Source: Parachlamydiales bacterium (GTDB lineage Bacteria; Chlamydiota; Chlamydiia; Chlamydiales; JAJFMK01). Taken from it: a stretch of 21,018 bases of DNA. The position numbers and the translations under genes were made by a program. The notes under the pieces are model-generated. The model saw only the letters and a list, made by a program, of their open reading frames with translations, had not been told where the DNA came from and did not search any database. Below, piece after piece: positions 1-7,989 of the stretch; position 1 is the stretch's first letter, and the number at the start of each line of letters is the position of its first letter. Location: assembly GCA_963765145.1 (NCBI GenBank), contig CAVXVG010000023.1, positions 1 to 21,018 on the forward strand, in the 5' to 3' direction.

Positions 1-1
1 T

Positions 2-1351
2 AGTTGGGTATGGGGCGTTCCCTTGCTAGCTCTTTTGATGGGTGCTGGCATTTTTCTGACGATAGCCTTACGTGGCATACAATTTCGGTACCTTCTTTAT
101 GCTTTACGCTTAGCTTTTGGTTTAGAGGAAAAGAAAGAGGGAAAAGGGGATTTATCCCATTTTCAATCTTTGATGACTGCTCTGGCTGCCACTATGGGGA
201 TTGGCAATATTGCAGGGGTGGCGACAGCTTTTGTTGTGGGTGGTCCAGGCGCCCTTTTTTGGATGTGGGTGACAGCGATTTTGGGGATGGCCACCAAATA
301 TGCCGAGGCATTGCTTGCCCAAAAGTTCCGTATTGTTGATAAAAATGGCGAGATCGCCGGCGGCCCGATGTATTTTATCGAAAGGGGCCTTGGCTGGAAG
401 GGTCTTGCTTTAGCCTTTGCCTTTTTTGGAGCAGTTTCATCTTTCGGTGGCGGAAATATTTTACAGGCCAACAGTGTTGCTGCAGTAGTGCAGGCAACTT
501 TTTCGATCGACCCTCTCTATAGTGGGATTGCACTGACTGTTTTGATTGGGATTACCTTGCTTGGCGGTGTTAAAAGCATTGGACGGGTGGCAGGTTTGCT
601 TGTGCCTATGATGGCCCTTCTCTATATCGGAGGGGCGTTGGTTGTAATCTTATCGAAAGCAGCAGAAATCCCCCACGCTGTGATGGATATCTTTAGTGCT
701 GCCTTTGCCCCCCAGGCCTTTTTAGGAGGTGCCTTAGGTACTTCATTGCTGATGGTCATTCAGACAGGCTTAAGCCGCGGATTGATGACATCAGAATCGG
801 GTCTAGGAACGGCCTCTATAGTCGCTGCCGCTGCTAAAAGCGATCATCCTGGTCGGCAAGCGATGGTTTCGATGACAGGCAGTTTTTTGGCAACTGTCGT
901 GATGTGTTCTGTGACGGCTCTTGTGTTGGGCGTGACGGGTGTTTTAGGGCTAAAAAATCCGGATGGAAGTTTTATCACCGGAGCTGCCCTAACGGTTCAA
1001 GCCTTTGAAAGTGTCCTCCCGGTGGGCGGCGGCATCATCGTAGCTATTGGTTTGATCCTTTTTGCTTTCACCACGTTGATTGGCTGGTCTTACTATGGTG
1101 AAAAGTGTGTAGAGTACATGGTTGGCGAAAAAATCGTTCCCTATTACAGGGTCCTTTTTACTTTAGTCATTTTACCCGGCGCGCTTCTTAAGCTTGAAGT
1201 GGTGTGGATTTTGGCAGATATTGCCAACGGTTTAATGGCTTTCCCTAACTTGATAGCCCTTTTTGCATTAAGCCCCGTTATTCTATCTGAGACAAAAGAG
1301 TTCTTGACCATCCTAAAAAAGGAAAAACAAGATATTCCAGAGGTCGGGTAA
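2..1351 (+). CDS. Sodium:alanine/glycine symporter (AGCS family), 5' end outside the window
   Basis: Motifs ALAATMGIGNIAGVATA, GGPGALFWMW, GGPMYFIERGLG, AFTTLIGWSYYGEKC and ADIANGLMAFPNLIAL. The frame is open from base 2 (SWVWGVPLL), so the true start lies upstream. Confidence 0.95.
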   Translation, partial: SWVWGVPLLALLMGAGIFLTIALRGIQFRYLLYALRLAFGLEEKKEGKGDLSHFQSLMTALAATMGIGNIAGVATAFVVGGPGALFWMWVTAILGMATKYAEALLAQKFRIVDKNGEIAGGPMYFIERGLGWKGLALAFAFFGAVSSFGGGNILQANSVAAVVQATFSIDPLYSGIALTVLIGITLLGGVKSIGRVAGLLVPMMALLYIGGALVVILSKAAEIPHAVMDIFSAAFAPQAFLGGALGTSLLMVIQTGLSRGLMTSESGLGTASIVAAAAKSDHPGRQAMVSMTGSFLATVVMCSVTALVLGVTGVLGLKNPDGSFITGAALTVQAFESVLPVGGGIIVAIGLILFAFTTLIGWSYYGEKCVEYMVGEKIVPYYRVLFTLVILPGALLKLEVVWILADIANGLMAFPNLIALFALSPVILSETKEFLTILKKEKQDIPEVG

Positions 1352-1371
1352 ATCCTCATTACCTTAAGATA

Positions 1372-1535
1372 AAACGTGCCCGTGTCCGAATTTTTAAACA
1401 GGAAGTTTTTCTAGATAAATTAAAAGGACATTACTAAAAAACTTTTCGGGCAAGGGCAAGGGCAAGGGCAAGGGCAAGGGCAAGGGCAAGGGCAAGGGCA
1501 AGGGCAAGGGCAAGGGCACGCACACGGGCACGTTT
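1372..1535. repeat. Palindromic element family A, copy 1: 14-bp terminal inverted repeat, AT-rich spacer, (GGGCAA)11
   Basis: AAACGTGCCCGTGT (1372-1385) is the exact reverse complement of ACACGGGCACGTTT (1522-1535). There are 11 perfect GGGCAA units at 1448-1513, followed by GGGCAC variants. Confidence 0.9.
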
Positions 1536-1562
1536 ATAACTTTTGTGTAATAGGGTGTCCTA

Positions 1563-2609
1563 CTAGGTTTGCTCGCTTGAGGTGAAACTTCTGGTTTCGA
1601 GATCATAGACTGGCATGATATAAAGGCTCTCGTAAATAGATATGGCCGAATATTTCTTTGATTCAATGCCATTCAGTTTTTGTTTCCAGGCATTAGCTAA
1701 ATTTTGATTGGGACGAACGACGCCAAAACCGGTGGTTTCGTAGATGTCTACCAATTGCCTAATAGCCTGTTGATGATCGGCCTCAGCTGCCCGATTTAAG
1801 GCATAAAACGCATTGTCAACATCGTCCTTCTCTAATAGTAGTTTAAACATTTCGTAATGGGCTTCAGGAGAACCTATAGAGGCAGCTTTTTCAAGCCATT
1901 GCAAGGCAGAATTATTATCGCCGCTGACTTCGTAAAATGTTTTACCGACGATGATCATCGAATCAATATCGCCGAGCGCTGCTGCAAAGAGTGTAGTTTC
2001 AAACCGCTCCTTGAAGGTATAACCATCTTGCTGTTCTAAAAAGAACTTCAAATGGCCGAGTGCTTTAGATTTGGCTAATAAAGGTTCAGCATATTCAGGT
2101 TCACTGTCTTTATACATCATATAAAGATGTAAATAAGCATAGGGGTTTTGATAGACAGTTGCTGCTTTGACAAACCATAAACGTGCTGAAAAGCTATCTT
2201 TTTTAGATAAATAGGTTTTACCTACTTCTACCATTGAGTCAACATGACCAAGGTGTGCAGCATCCAATTGAGCTTTGAAGACTCCGTCGGCATCGTTTAA
2301 TTTTTTATTTTTCGCTACGAGTTTTAAAGCGATTTCTAAATCGTTTAGCTTGGCATCACCCAAAAAACCAAGTGCGACTTCGCCTACAACAGGGACAAGC
2401 CCAACAACAGCTTGCATCACAGAGGTTTCGGCAATGACGGCATTATAACTTGAACCAAAAACACCTTCAGCTGTCTCTTGCCCAAGCATCTTACCGGCAA
2501 GTACAACCAAACAATAAACAGGAGAGGTTGGTCTTCGCATAAGCTCGCTTTGAGTTGCCGAACTGCGAGCAGCAACAGGGGATGGGGTTGTCTGGTTAAT
2601 CGCCACCAT
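1563..2609 (-). CDS. Sel1-like repeat (SLR/TPR) protein, candidate secreted effector
   Basis: Repeated SLR-type motifs AAHLGHVDSMVEVGKTY, AAALGDIDSMIIVGKTFY, WLEKAASIGSPEAHY and AAEADHQQAIRQL. The N-terminus is S/T/P-rich, and GGAGG lies 7 nt before the ATG. Confidence 0.85.
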   Translation of the reverse strand: MVAINQTTPSPVAARSSATQSELMRRPTSPVYCLVVLAGKMLGQETAEGVFGSSYNAVIAETSVMQAVVGLVPVVGEVALGFLGDAKLNDLEIALKLVAKNKKLNDADGVFKAQLDAAHLGHVDSMVEVGKTYLSKKDSFSARLWFVKAATVYQNPYAYLHLYMMYKDSEPEYAEPLLAKSKALGHLKFFLEQQDGYTFKERFETTLFAAALGDIDSMIIVGKTFYEVSGDNNSALQWLEKAASIGSPEAHYEMFKLLLEKDDVDNAFYALNRAAEADHQQAIRQLVDIYETTGFGVVRPNQNLANAWKQKLNGIESKKYSAISIYESLYIMPVYDLETRSFTSSEQT

Positions 2610-2631
2610 TTCAATGCCTCCACGTTAATGC

Positions 2632-2788
2632 GAATTCGAAGTACTTTCTCTCGGAAGAACGGTCATCTTCCGGCGAAATTCGTGCCATGTTGGTCTCGTC
2701 AATAGCTTTTTTCGCTATTGACTTCGTCCAAAATGTACGAATTTCATCCAGAATCTGGCCATTCTTCGAGAGAAATTTCATCGAACTC
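2632..2788. repeat. ~157-bp imperfect palindrome between valS and the Sel1 gene
   Basis: Nested inverted pairs: GTCAATAGC/GCTATTGAC (2698-2706/2714-2722), GAAATTCGT/ACGAATTTC (2675-2683/2737-2745), and TTTCTCTCG(G)AAGAACGGTCA / TGGCCATTCTTCGAGAGAAA (2645-2665/2756-2775). Confidence 0.85.
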
Positions 2789-2791
2789 TCA

Positions 2792-5578
2792 TTACTCAAG
2801 TTGTTTTAGAGTATGGGAAAAAGATTTTTCTTTTTCAAGAGCTTCAGAAAGTTGTATTTGTAGCTTTTTGACTAGCTCCTGAGGGGCTTTTTGGCAAAAG
2901 TCAGAATTGCCCAGTTGTCCTTCAAGCTTAACGGCTTCCAATCGGATTTTTTCTAATTCTTTTGTCAATCGGACTTTTTCTGCCTCTAAACGTTGAGGAG
3001 GTAAGGGGACGACCCATTGCACATCTCCATGGAAAGCCGAAGCATACAGAGCAATGTGGGGCAGAGTTGAAGCCGTTGTGACGTCGCCAAGTTTTACAAG
3101 CGCTTTTAAAAGTGGCAGGTGGTGAATAAAAAAGGCGACATCCTTTTCTTTTCCAACCAAAACAAGGGCGCTCTGTTCTCCGGGAGGTATTTTCATTTCT
3201 GCACGGATGTTTCGGATAACACCGACCGCTTCTTGTAATTTTAAAAATGTTGAAACGATCTCTTTATTCTCAAAAGGCAGATCAAGTACTACCGGATAAG
3301 GGCTAACGGCTGCTGCGGGGGAAGATAAAGCTGAAAGGGTAGCGGAAAGCCATCCTGAACCGGTTGCTGTTCCCCCTTTTTCTTTTAAGAGAGAGAAAAG
3401 TTCCTCAGTAATAAACGGAGTGAAAGGGTGTAAAAGTCGGATCGACTGTTCCAAAACTAAAAATAGAATCTTTTTCTTTTCAGCACCGTTTTTGTGTGTT
3501 GGATCTCGCAGGATCGGTTTTGCAATTTCTAAATAGTAAGCGCAAAACTCGTCCCAGAAAAAGCGATAAACTTCTAATACGGCCTTGTCAAAAGCGTATG
3601 TTGCCAAAGCATCGTTGACGCCCTGGATCACACTTTTAAGCCTTGTTAAGATCCATTTGTCTTCTAATTGAAGGTTTTCAACAACGATTTCACCACCTAT
3701 TTTGTCCTCTCCAAGGTTCATGAGGACAAAACGGGCTCCATTCCAAAACTTGTTTGCAAAGTTTTTGTACTCTTCAAGACGTCTTCGGTCTAAGTCGATT
3801 TGCCGTTGAGAAGTAGGGCAGGAGGCCAAAGCAAGACGGGTTGCATCGGCGCCAAAACTGTCGATGATTTCCATTGGGTCGATGATGTTGCCCTTCGATT
3901 TGGACATCTTTTCCCACTTGGAATGGACCTCTTTTGGAACAGGCTTTCCGGCATCGAAGGCATCTCGTTCTTCTTTAGAGCAGTAGGTCACCATTCCATC
4001 AGGAGATACGCGCCAGTACGATTTTGCAAAGATAAGGCCATGCAAAAATGTTTCTGGAAATGGGGGTTTGTCTAAGGCGAAGTCACCCATCATGATCATC
4101 CTTGCAACCCAGAAAAAGAGGATGTCATACCCGGTGATCAAGGTCGAATTGGGGTAGAATTTTTCTAAATCGGAGGTTTTGTTTGGCCAGCCAAGAGTTG
4201 AAAAAGGCCATAAACCAGATGAGAACCAAGTGTCCAGAACATCGTGGTCTTGTTCCCAATCGTCCGGATGGTCGGCGATCTCTTTAGGAAGATCATCAAC
4301 AACAACGATTTTCTTGTTAGGATCTTTTTTGTGGTGCCAAACAGGAATGCGGTGTCCCCACCAAAGCTGACGAGAAATGCACCAGTCACGTAAATTGTCG
4401 ATCCAGTGGTTGTAAGTTGGGTCCCAATGGTTTGGGATCAATTTGGTTTCCCCAGTTTTGACAATCTCTTTTAACCGGTCTTTGAAGGCGGTCATTTTGA
4501 TGAACCACTGTTTAGATAACATCGGTTCAATAATGGCTTTTGATCTGTAAGAGCGGCCAATCCGGTTGGTGTGCTTTACTTTTTTAACAAACAGGCCAAG
4601 TTGCTCGAGTTCTTTGATGACGGCGATTCTTGCTTCAGGGAAGGTGAGTCCAGTAAAGGGAGCTCCATTCTCGTTGACCTTTCCCTCTGGTGTCATGATG
4701 TTGATGAGAGGAAGGTTGTGCTTTAAACCTAAGTCATAGTCATTTCTATCGTGACCAGGCGTGACTTTTACGGCTCCTGTTCCAAAAGTTGGATCCACCA
4801 TCGGATCTGACAAGATGGGGATTTCTCTTTTTTGAATGGGGTGGAGAACTTTTTTTCCGATGAGCGCTTTGTAACGTTCATCTTCAGGGTGTACAACAAC
4901 TGCCGTATCGCCAAGCATCGTTTCAGGCCTTGTTGTGGCCACCTCAATAAAGCCGTTTCCATCTGCAAGGGGATAGCGAAAATGCCATAAAAACCCTTCT
5001 TGATCTTCATAGTCGACTTCGTCATCGGCAAGAGCAGTTCCTGAGACAATATCCCAGTTAACAAGGTAATCTCCTTGATAAATCAAGCCCGCATTGAATA
5101 GTTTTTCAAACATCACACGTACAGCGCGGGAGGATTGCTCGTCCAGAGTGAAGCGGAGTCTAGTCCAGTCGCAAGAGCAACCCATCGATCGAATCTGATC
5201 TAAAATGGCTGAACCGTACCGTTCTTTATGTTCCCATACGTGCTTTAAAAAGGTTTCTCTTTCAAAATCGACCCTTCTTTTGCCCGTTTCGGCAAAAAGC
5301 TTTCTTTCGACGACCGTTTGAGTGGCAATGCCGGCATGGTCGGTTCCCGGAACCCAGAGGGCTTCGAATCCGCTCATCCGTTTCCAGCGGATCAAAACAT
5401 CTTGCAGGGTACTGACAAGGGCGTGTCCCATGTGCAGGTTTCCTGTCACGTTGGGAGGGGGCATTACGATGCAATAAGATGGTTTTTTGGAGGTGGCGTC
5501 TGCTTTAAAAAACTGATGTTTTTCCCAGAATTGATCCCATTTTTTTTCTACCAGCTTCGGTTCATATGCAGACGACAT
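2792..5578 (-). CDS. valS: Valyl-tRNA synthetase
   Basis: PPPNVTGNLHMGH (HIGH motif), GTDHAGIATQ, ATTRPET, DWCISRQLWWGHRIP, DVLDTWFSS, KMSKS and a C-terminal coiled coil; 928 aa, uninterrupted. Confidence 0.99.
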   Translation of the reverse strand: MSSAYEPKLVEKKWDQFWEKHQFFKADATSKKPSYCIVMPPPNVTGNLHMGHALVSTLQDVLIRWKRMSGFEALWVPGTDHAGIATQTVVERKLFAETGKRRVDFERETFLKHVWEHKERYGSAILDQIRSMGCSCDWTRLRFTLDEQSSRAVRVMFEKLFNAGLIYQGDYLVNWDIVSGTALADDEVDYEDQEGFLWHFRYPLADGNGFIEVATTRPETMLGDTAVVVHPEDERYKALIGKKVLHPIQKREIPILSDPMVDPTFGTGAVKVTPGHDRNDYDLGLKHNLPLINIMTPEGKVNENGAPFTGLTFPEARIAVIKELEQLGLFVKKVKHTNRIGRSYRSKAIIEPMLSKQWFIKMTAFKDRLKEIVKTGETKLIPNHWDPTYNHWIDNLRDWCISRQLWWGHRIPVWHHKKDPNKKIVVVDDLPKEIADHPDDWEQDHDVLDTWFSSGLWPFSTLGWPNKTSDLEKFYPNSTLITGYDILFFWVARMIMMGDFALDKPPFPETFLHGLIFAKSYWRVSPDGMVTYCSKEERDAFDAGKPVPKEVHSKWEKMSKSKGNIIDPMEIIDSFGADATRLALASCPTSQRQIDLDRRRLEEYKNFANKFWNGARFVLMNLGEDKIGGEIVVENLQLEDKWILTRLKSVIQGVNDALATYAFDKAVLEVYRFFWDEFCAYYLEIAKPILRDPTHKNGAEKKKILFLVLEQSIRLLHPFTPFITEELFSLLKEKGGTATGSGWLSATLSALSSPAAAVSPYPVVLDLPFENKEIVSTFLKLQEAVGVIRNIRAEMKIPPGEQSALVLVGKEKDVAFFIHHLPLLKALVKLGDVTTASTLPHIALYASAFHGDVQWVVPLPPQRLEAEKVRLTKELEKIRLEAVKLEGQLGNSDFCQKAPQELVKKLQIQLSEALEKEKSFSHTLKQLE

Positions 5579-5600
5579 GTTTTTCCTTAAAAAACGTTTA

Positions 5601-5628
5601 TTCTAAGGGAAAATGCAAAATCTTTAAA
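5601..5628 (-). promoter_or_regulatory. Putative sigma66/70 promoter for valS
   Basis: The minus strand reads TTTAAA-N17-TAGAAT about 20 nt upstream of the valS ATG. Consensus match only. Confidence 0.4.
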
Positions 5629-5676
5629 GTTTCTTAAAACTTTTTTGCTACAATCTTTTTTTAAATCAAGGGAAGC

Positions 5677-6252
5677 ATGTACCCATCTTTAGTGAAAGCC
5701 ACAGATTTTTGTTTAGGAATTACCGGCACGATAGGATCTTTTGCAAAATTAGCCAAAATTTCTCTGCCCGATCCGATTCGAATGGTTTTAAAACGGGCCG
5801 ATATCTTGAAAACGATTAAGTTGCCCAAGGCTGGGATGAAAGTTTGGGAATCAAAAAGACCTGTTGAGTTGACCCACAACCTTATTTCTCTCTATTTTTC
5901 TGTTTTTTCTGTTCGAAAGGCAATGGGGTTAGTCCCTCGATCTGAACTTCCCTTTGCGGCTGTTTTAAGTTTAGGTTCAGTCGATCTATTTAGAAGATCG
6001 CTCACGAACTATTGGAGTTTGTCAAAAAACAGCGAAGCGGCTTGCTTTGAACCTATTGATAAGGCTGAACAATTGTTTAGGAATCTTGCAAAAGCTAAGT
6101 ATGATATTTTTGATTCAGGGCTGTTTATGGTCTCTTCATTGTCGATCAGTGCCCGAACCTTCTTTCCAAAATCATCTTTTGTCGTTTACACCTATCACAC
6201 TTCGAAGCTAGCCGCTGCAATTCTCCCTTACCTCTGCTATTCCGGTAAATAA
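5677..6252 (+). CDS. Hypothetical protein, basic with hydrophobic/amphipathic stretches
   Basis: 191-aa ORF filling the gap divergent from valS, with AGGGA before the ATG and a TGnTACAAT extended -10-like motif at ~5646-5654. No family recognised. Confidence 0.7.
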   Translation: MYPSLVKATDFCLGITGTIGSFAKLAKISLPDPIRMVLKRADILKTIKLPKAGMKVWESKRPVELTHNLISLYFSVFSVRKAMGLVPRSELPFAAVLSLGSVDLFRRSLTNYWSLSKNSEAACFEPIDKAEQLFRNLAKAKYDIFDSGLFMVSSLSISARTFFPKSSFVVYTYHTSKLAAAILPYLCYSGK

Positions 6253-6357
6253 ACCCAAATAAAGAACACGATTAGTAAGGTGCTTTTTCCTGAGTTAACA
6301 TAGTATTAATTAGATCTTTCGATAGGATTAATTATATAAGTTTAAAATAGATGTTCT

Positions 6358-7374
6358 ATGAGTGGAGCATCTGTAACACCTACTTTATGGGACCAGGCAA
6401 AGAAAGGCGTTGAAATCGCCGCTCTTTGGGGATCTCCGCTTGCGACTGTGGCAAGGGCTGCTTATGGCACTTCAAGATCCAGCATGGCCATCTCCGCAGC
6501 CATCCAATCGTTACCGACTTCGACTATCATTGATCCCCTTGTTTACACGTTAGGCGCTCCAAGCTTATTCGGTCTTCTTGGAGTGGTCATGGTCCCTTAC
6601 CATCTTTATTTAGCTTACCAATCAGCTACAGCGACAGGAGAAAATTGGAAAACAAAAACCTTTAACGTCATTAAAAACGTGGGCGGCCTGGGAATGGCTA
6701 TCGGGTCTATCGTACAAACTGTTTCCTTTATTTGGGCCGAGACTAGGCCTGCGTTCTCTTGGCTTCCAGGTTTTCAGATGGTAGCTGCTCTCATTGCCGG
6801 TACAGATGTGATTGTGACAGGCATTCAGTTGCATAAACTGAAGAAAATCGATAGCTATTTGAATGGTCTAACGAGCCTAAACGATATTCCAGAACAATAT
6901 AGAGGAAATATATTCAGTGTCGAGACCGCGGAGAAATATTTAGGGGTTCCAGCTATCAAGTTTAATGAATTTAAAGAAAATCTCAAAAAAGAGCCAGATG
7001 GTGGTCTTACAGTCTTGAAAGGAAGGGTCAAAGAAAAGTTGTTTGAACAGAGGCTTAGAGTCGCCGCTGGTGTGATCTCAATTGTTGCTCTAGTTATTCT
7101 AACAGGTTTAGCCTTTGCCCCAACTCCTATTGCACCAGTTGCAATAGTCGCTCTGACGATCACGGCCTATTGCTTAAGCGGTACATCCAGTTTTTTGGGT
7201 ATCATGGCTATTAGGTCCAACGTCAAGTTGATCAATCCCTTATTTTCCTGCACTGTCGAACCAGCCGTCAAAAAAACAATCCCCTTGTTCGACAGGCTTT
7301 TTAGCCCCGCATTAAGGGAAAAGTTTAAATTTCCCCATTCAAATCCCTTCCAAGCCGCTTCTGTTGCAGCGTAA
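6358..7374 (+). CDS. Hypothetical membrane protein with Inc-like long bilobed hydrophobic segment
   Basis: 338 aa with an S/T-rich N-terminus (MSGASVTPT) and several hydrophobic stretches. One ~50-aa segment, VAAGVISIVALVILTGLAF-APTPIAP-VAIVALTITAYCLSGTSSFLGIMAI, is split by a proline-rich turn. Confidence 0.7.
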   Translation: MSGASVTPTLWDQAKKGVEIAALWGSPLATVARAAYGTSRSSMAISAAIQSLPTSTIIDPLVYTLGAPSLFGLLGVVMVPYHLYLAYQSATATGENWKTKTFNVIKNVGGLGMAIGSIVQTVSFIWAETRPAFSWLPGFQMVAALIAGTDVIVTGIQLHKLKKIDSYLNGLTSLNDIPEQYRGNIFSVETAEKYLGVPAIKFNEFKENLKKEPDGGLTVLKGRVKEKLFEQRLRVAAGVISIVALVILTGLAFAPTPIAPVAIVALTITAYCLSGTSSFLGIMAIRSNVKLINPLFSCTVEPAVKKTIPLFDRLFSPALREKFKFPHSNPFQAASVAA

Positions 7375-7470
7375 GGAGCTGGTTCTGCTTTCTTTTGGTG
7401 AAAAATAAAATCACTTACTTAACGCGCTATTCTATGGGCTTTTTTTCTCGTCTCGGTAATAATTGGATTT

Positions 7471-7731
7471 ATGCCCACAATCAGTGCGTTTTACGGAATT
7501 TTCATTAAAATGTTTTTTGCCGATCATGCGCCGCCCCATTTTCATGCAGAATATGCTGAATTCAAAGCGACAATTGATATACAGAAATTAAAGTTAATTG
7601 AGGGAGAACTTCCTCGAAGAGCACTTGATCTTGTTCTTGACTGGGCCGAATTACATCAGAAAGAACTGATCCAAGATTGGGACCTATGTCAAAACAAGCA
7701 ACAACCAAAAAAAATTGAACCTCTTAGGTAA
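7471..7731 (+). CDS. DUF4160 family protein (putative toxin of a TA-like pair)
   Basis: Characteristic MPTISxFYGIxIxMFFxDHxPPHFHAEY start, plus GELPxRALxLVLDWAxLHQxELxxDW. Confidence 0.9.
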   Translation: MPTISAFYGIFIKMFFADHAPPHFHAEYAEFKATIDIQKLKLIEGELPRRALDLVLDWAELHQKELIQDWDLCQNKQQPKKIEPLR

Positions 7732-7734
7732 GAT

Positions 7735-7989
7735 ATGTATTGGGATGTCATTGAAGTAAAACCTGAAAAAAACTGTACTTTGTGGGTGCGTTTTGCCGAT
7801 CAAACTAAAGGTCGAGTTAAATTCACGGAACAATATTTATCAGGCGTTTTCGAACCGATAAAAGATCCCAATTTCTTTAATCAGGTATTTATTTCGGAAG
7901 GGGTTGTTACGTGGCCTGGAGAATTAGACCTTGCGCCTGATGCTATGTACAAAGAAATCCAAGCAAAAGGTGAGTGGATTTTAAGCTGA
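7735..7989 (+). CDS. DUF2442 family protein (putative antitoxin)
   Basis: LWVRFADxTKG, GVFEPIKDPNFFNQV and VTWPGELDLAPDAMY. Starts 3 nt after the DUF4160 stop, the usual pairing. Confidence 0.9.
   Translation: MYWDVIEVKPEKNCTLWVRFADQTKGRVKFTEQYLSGVFEPIKDPNFFNQVFISEGVVTWPGELDLAPDAMYKEIQAKGEWILS

Noticed and set aside
1394..1672. 92-aa ORF with a PLPLPL run
   Set aside because: It is a translation of the stop-free GGGCAA repeat and overlaps the Sel1 gene in another frame.
6306..6334. ATTAATT repeated twice upstream of the Inc-like gene
   Set aside because: Expected by chance in a very AT-rich gap; not enough support for a regulatory call.
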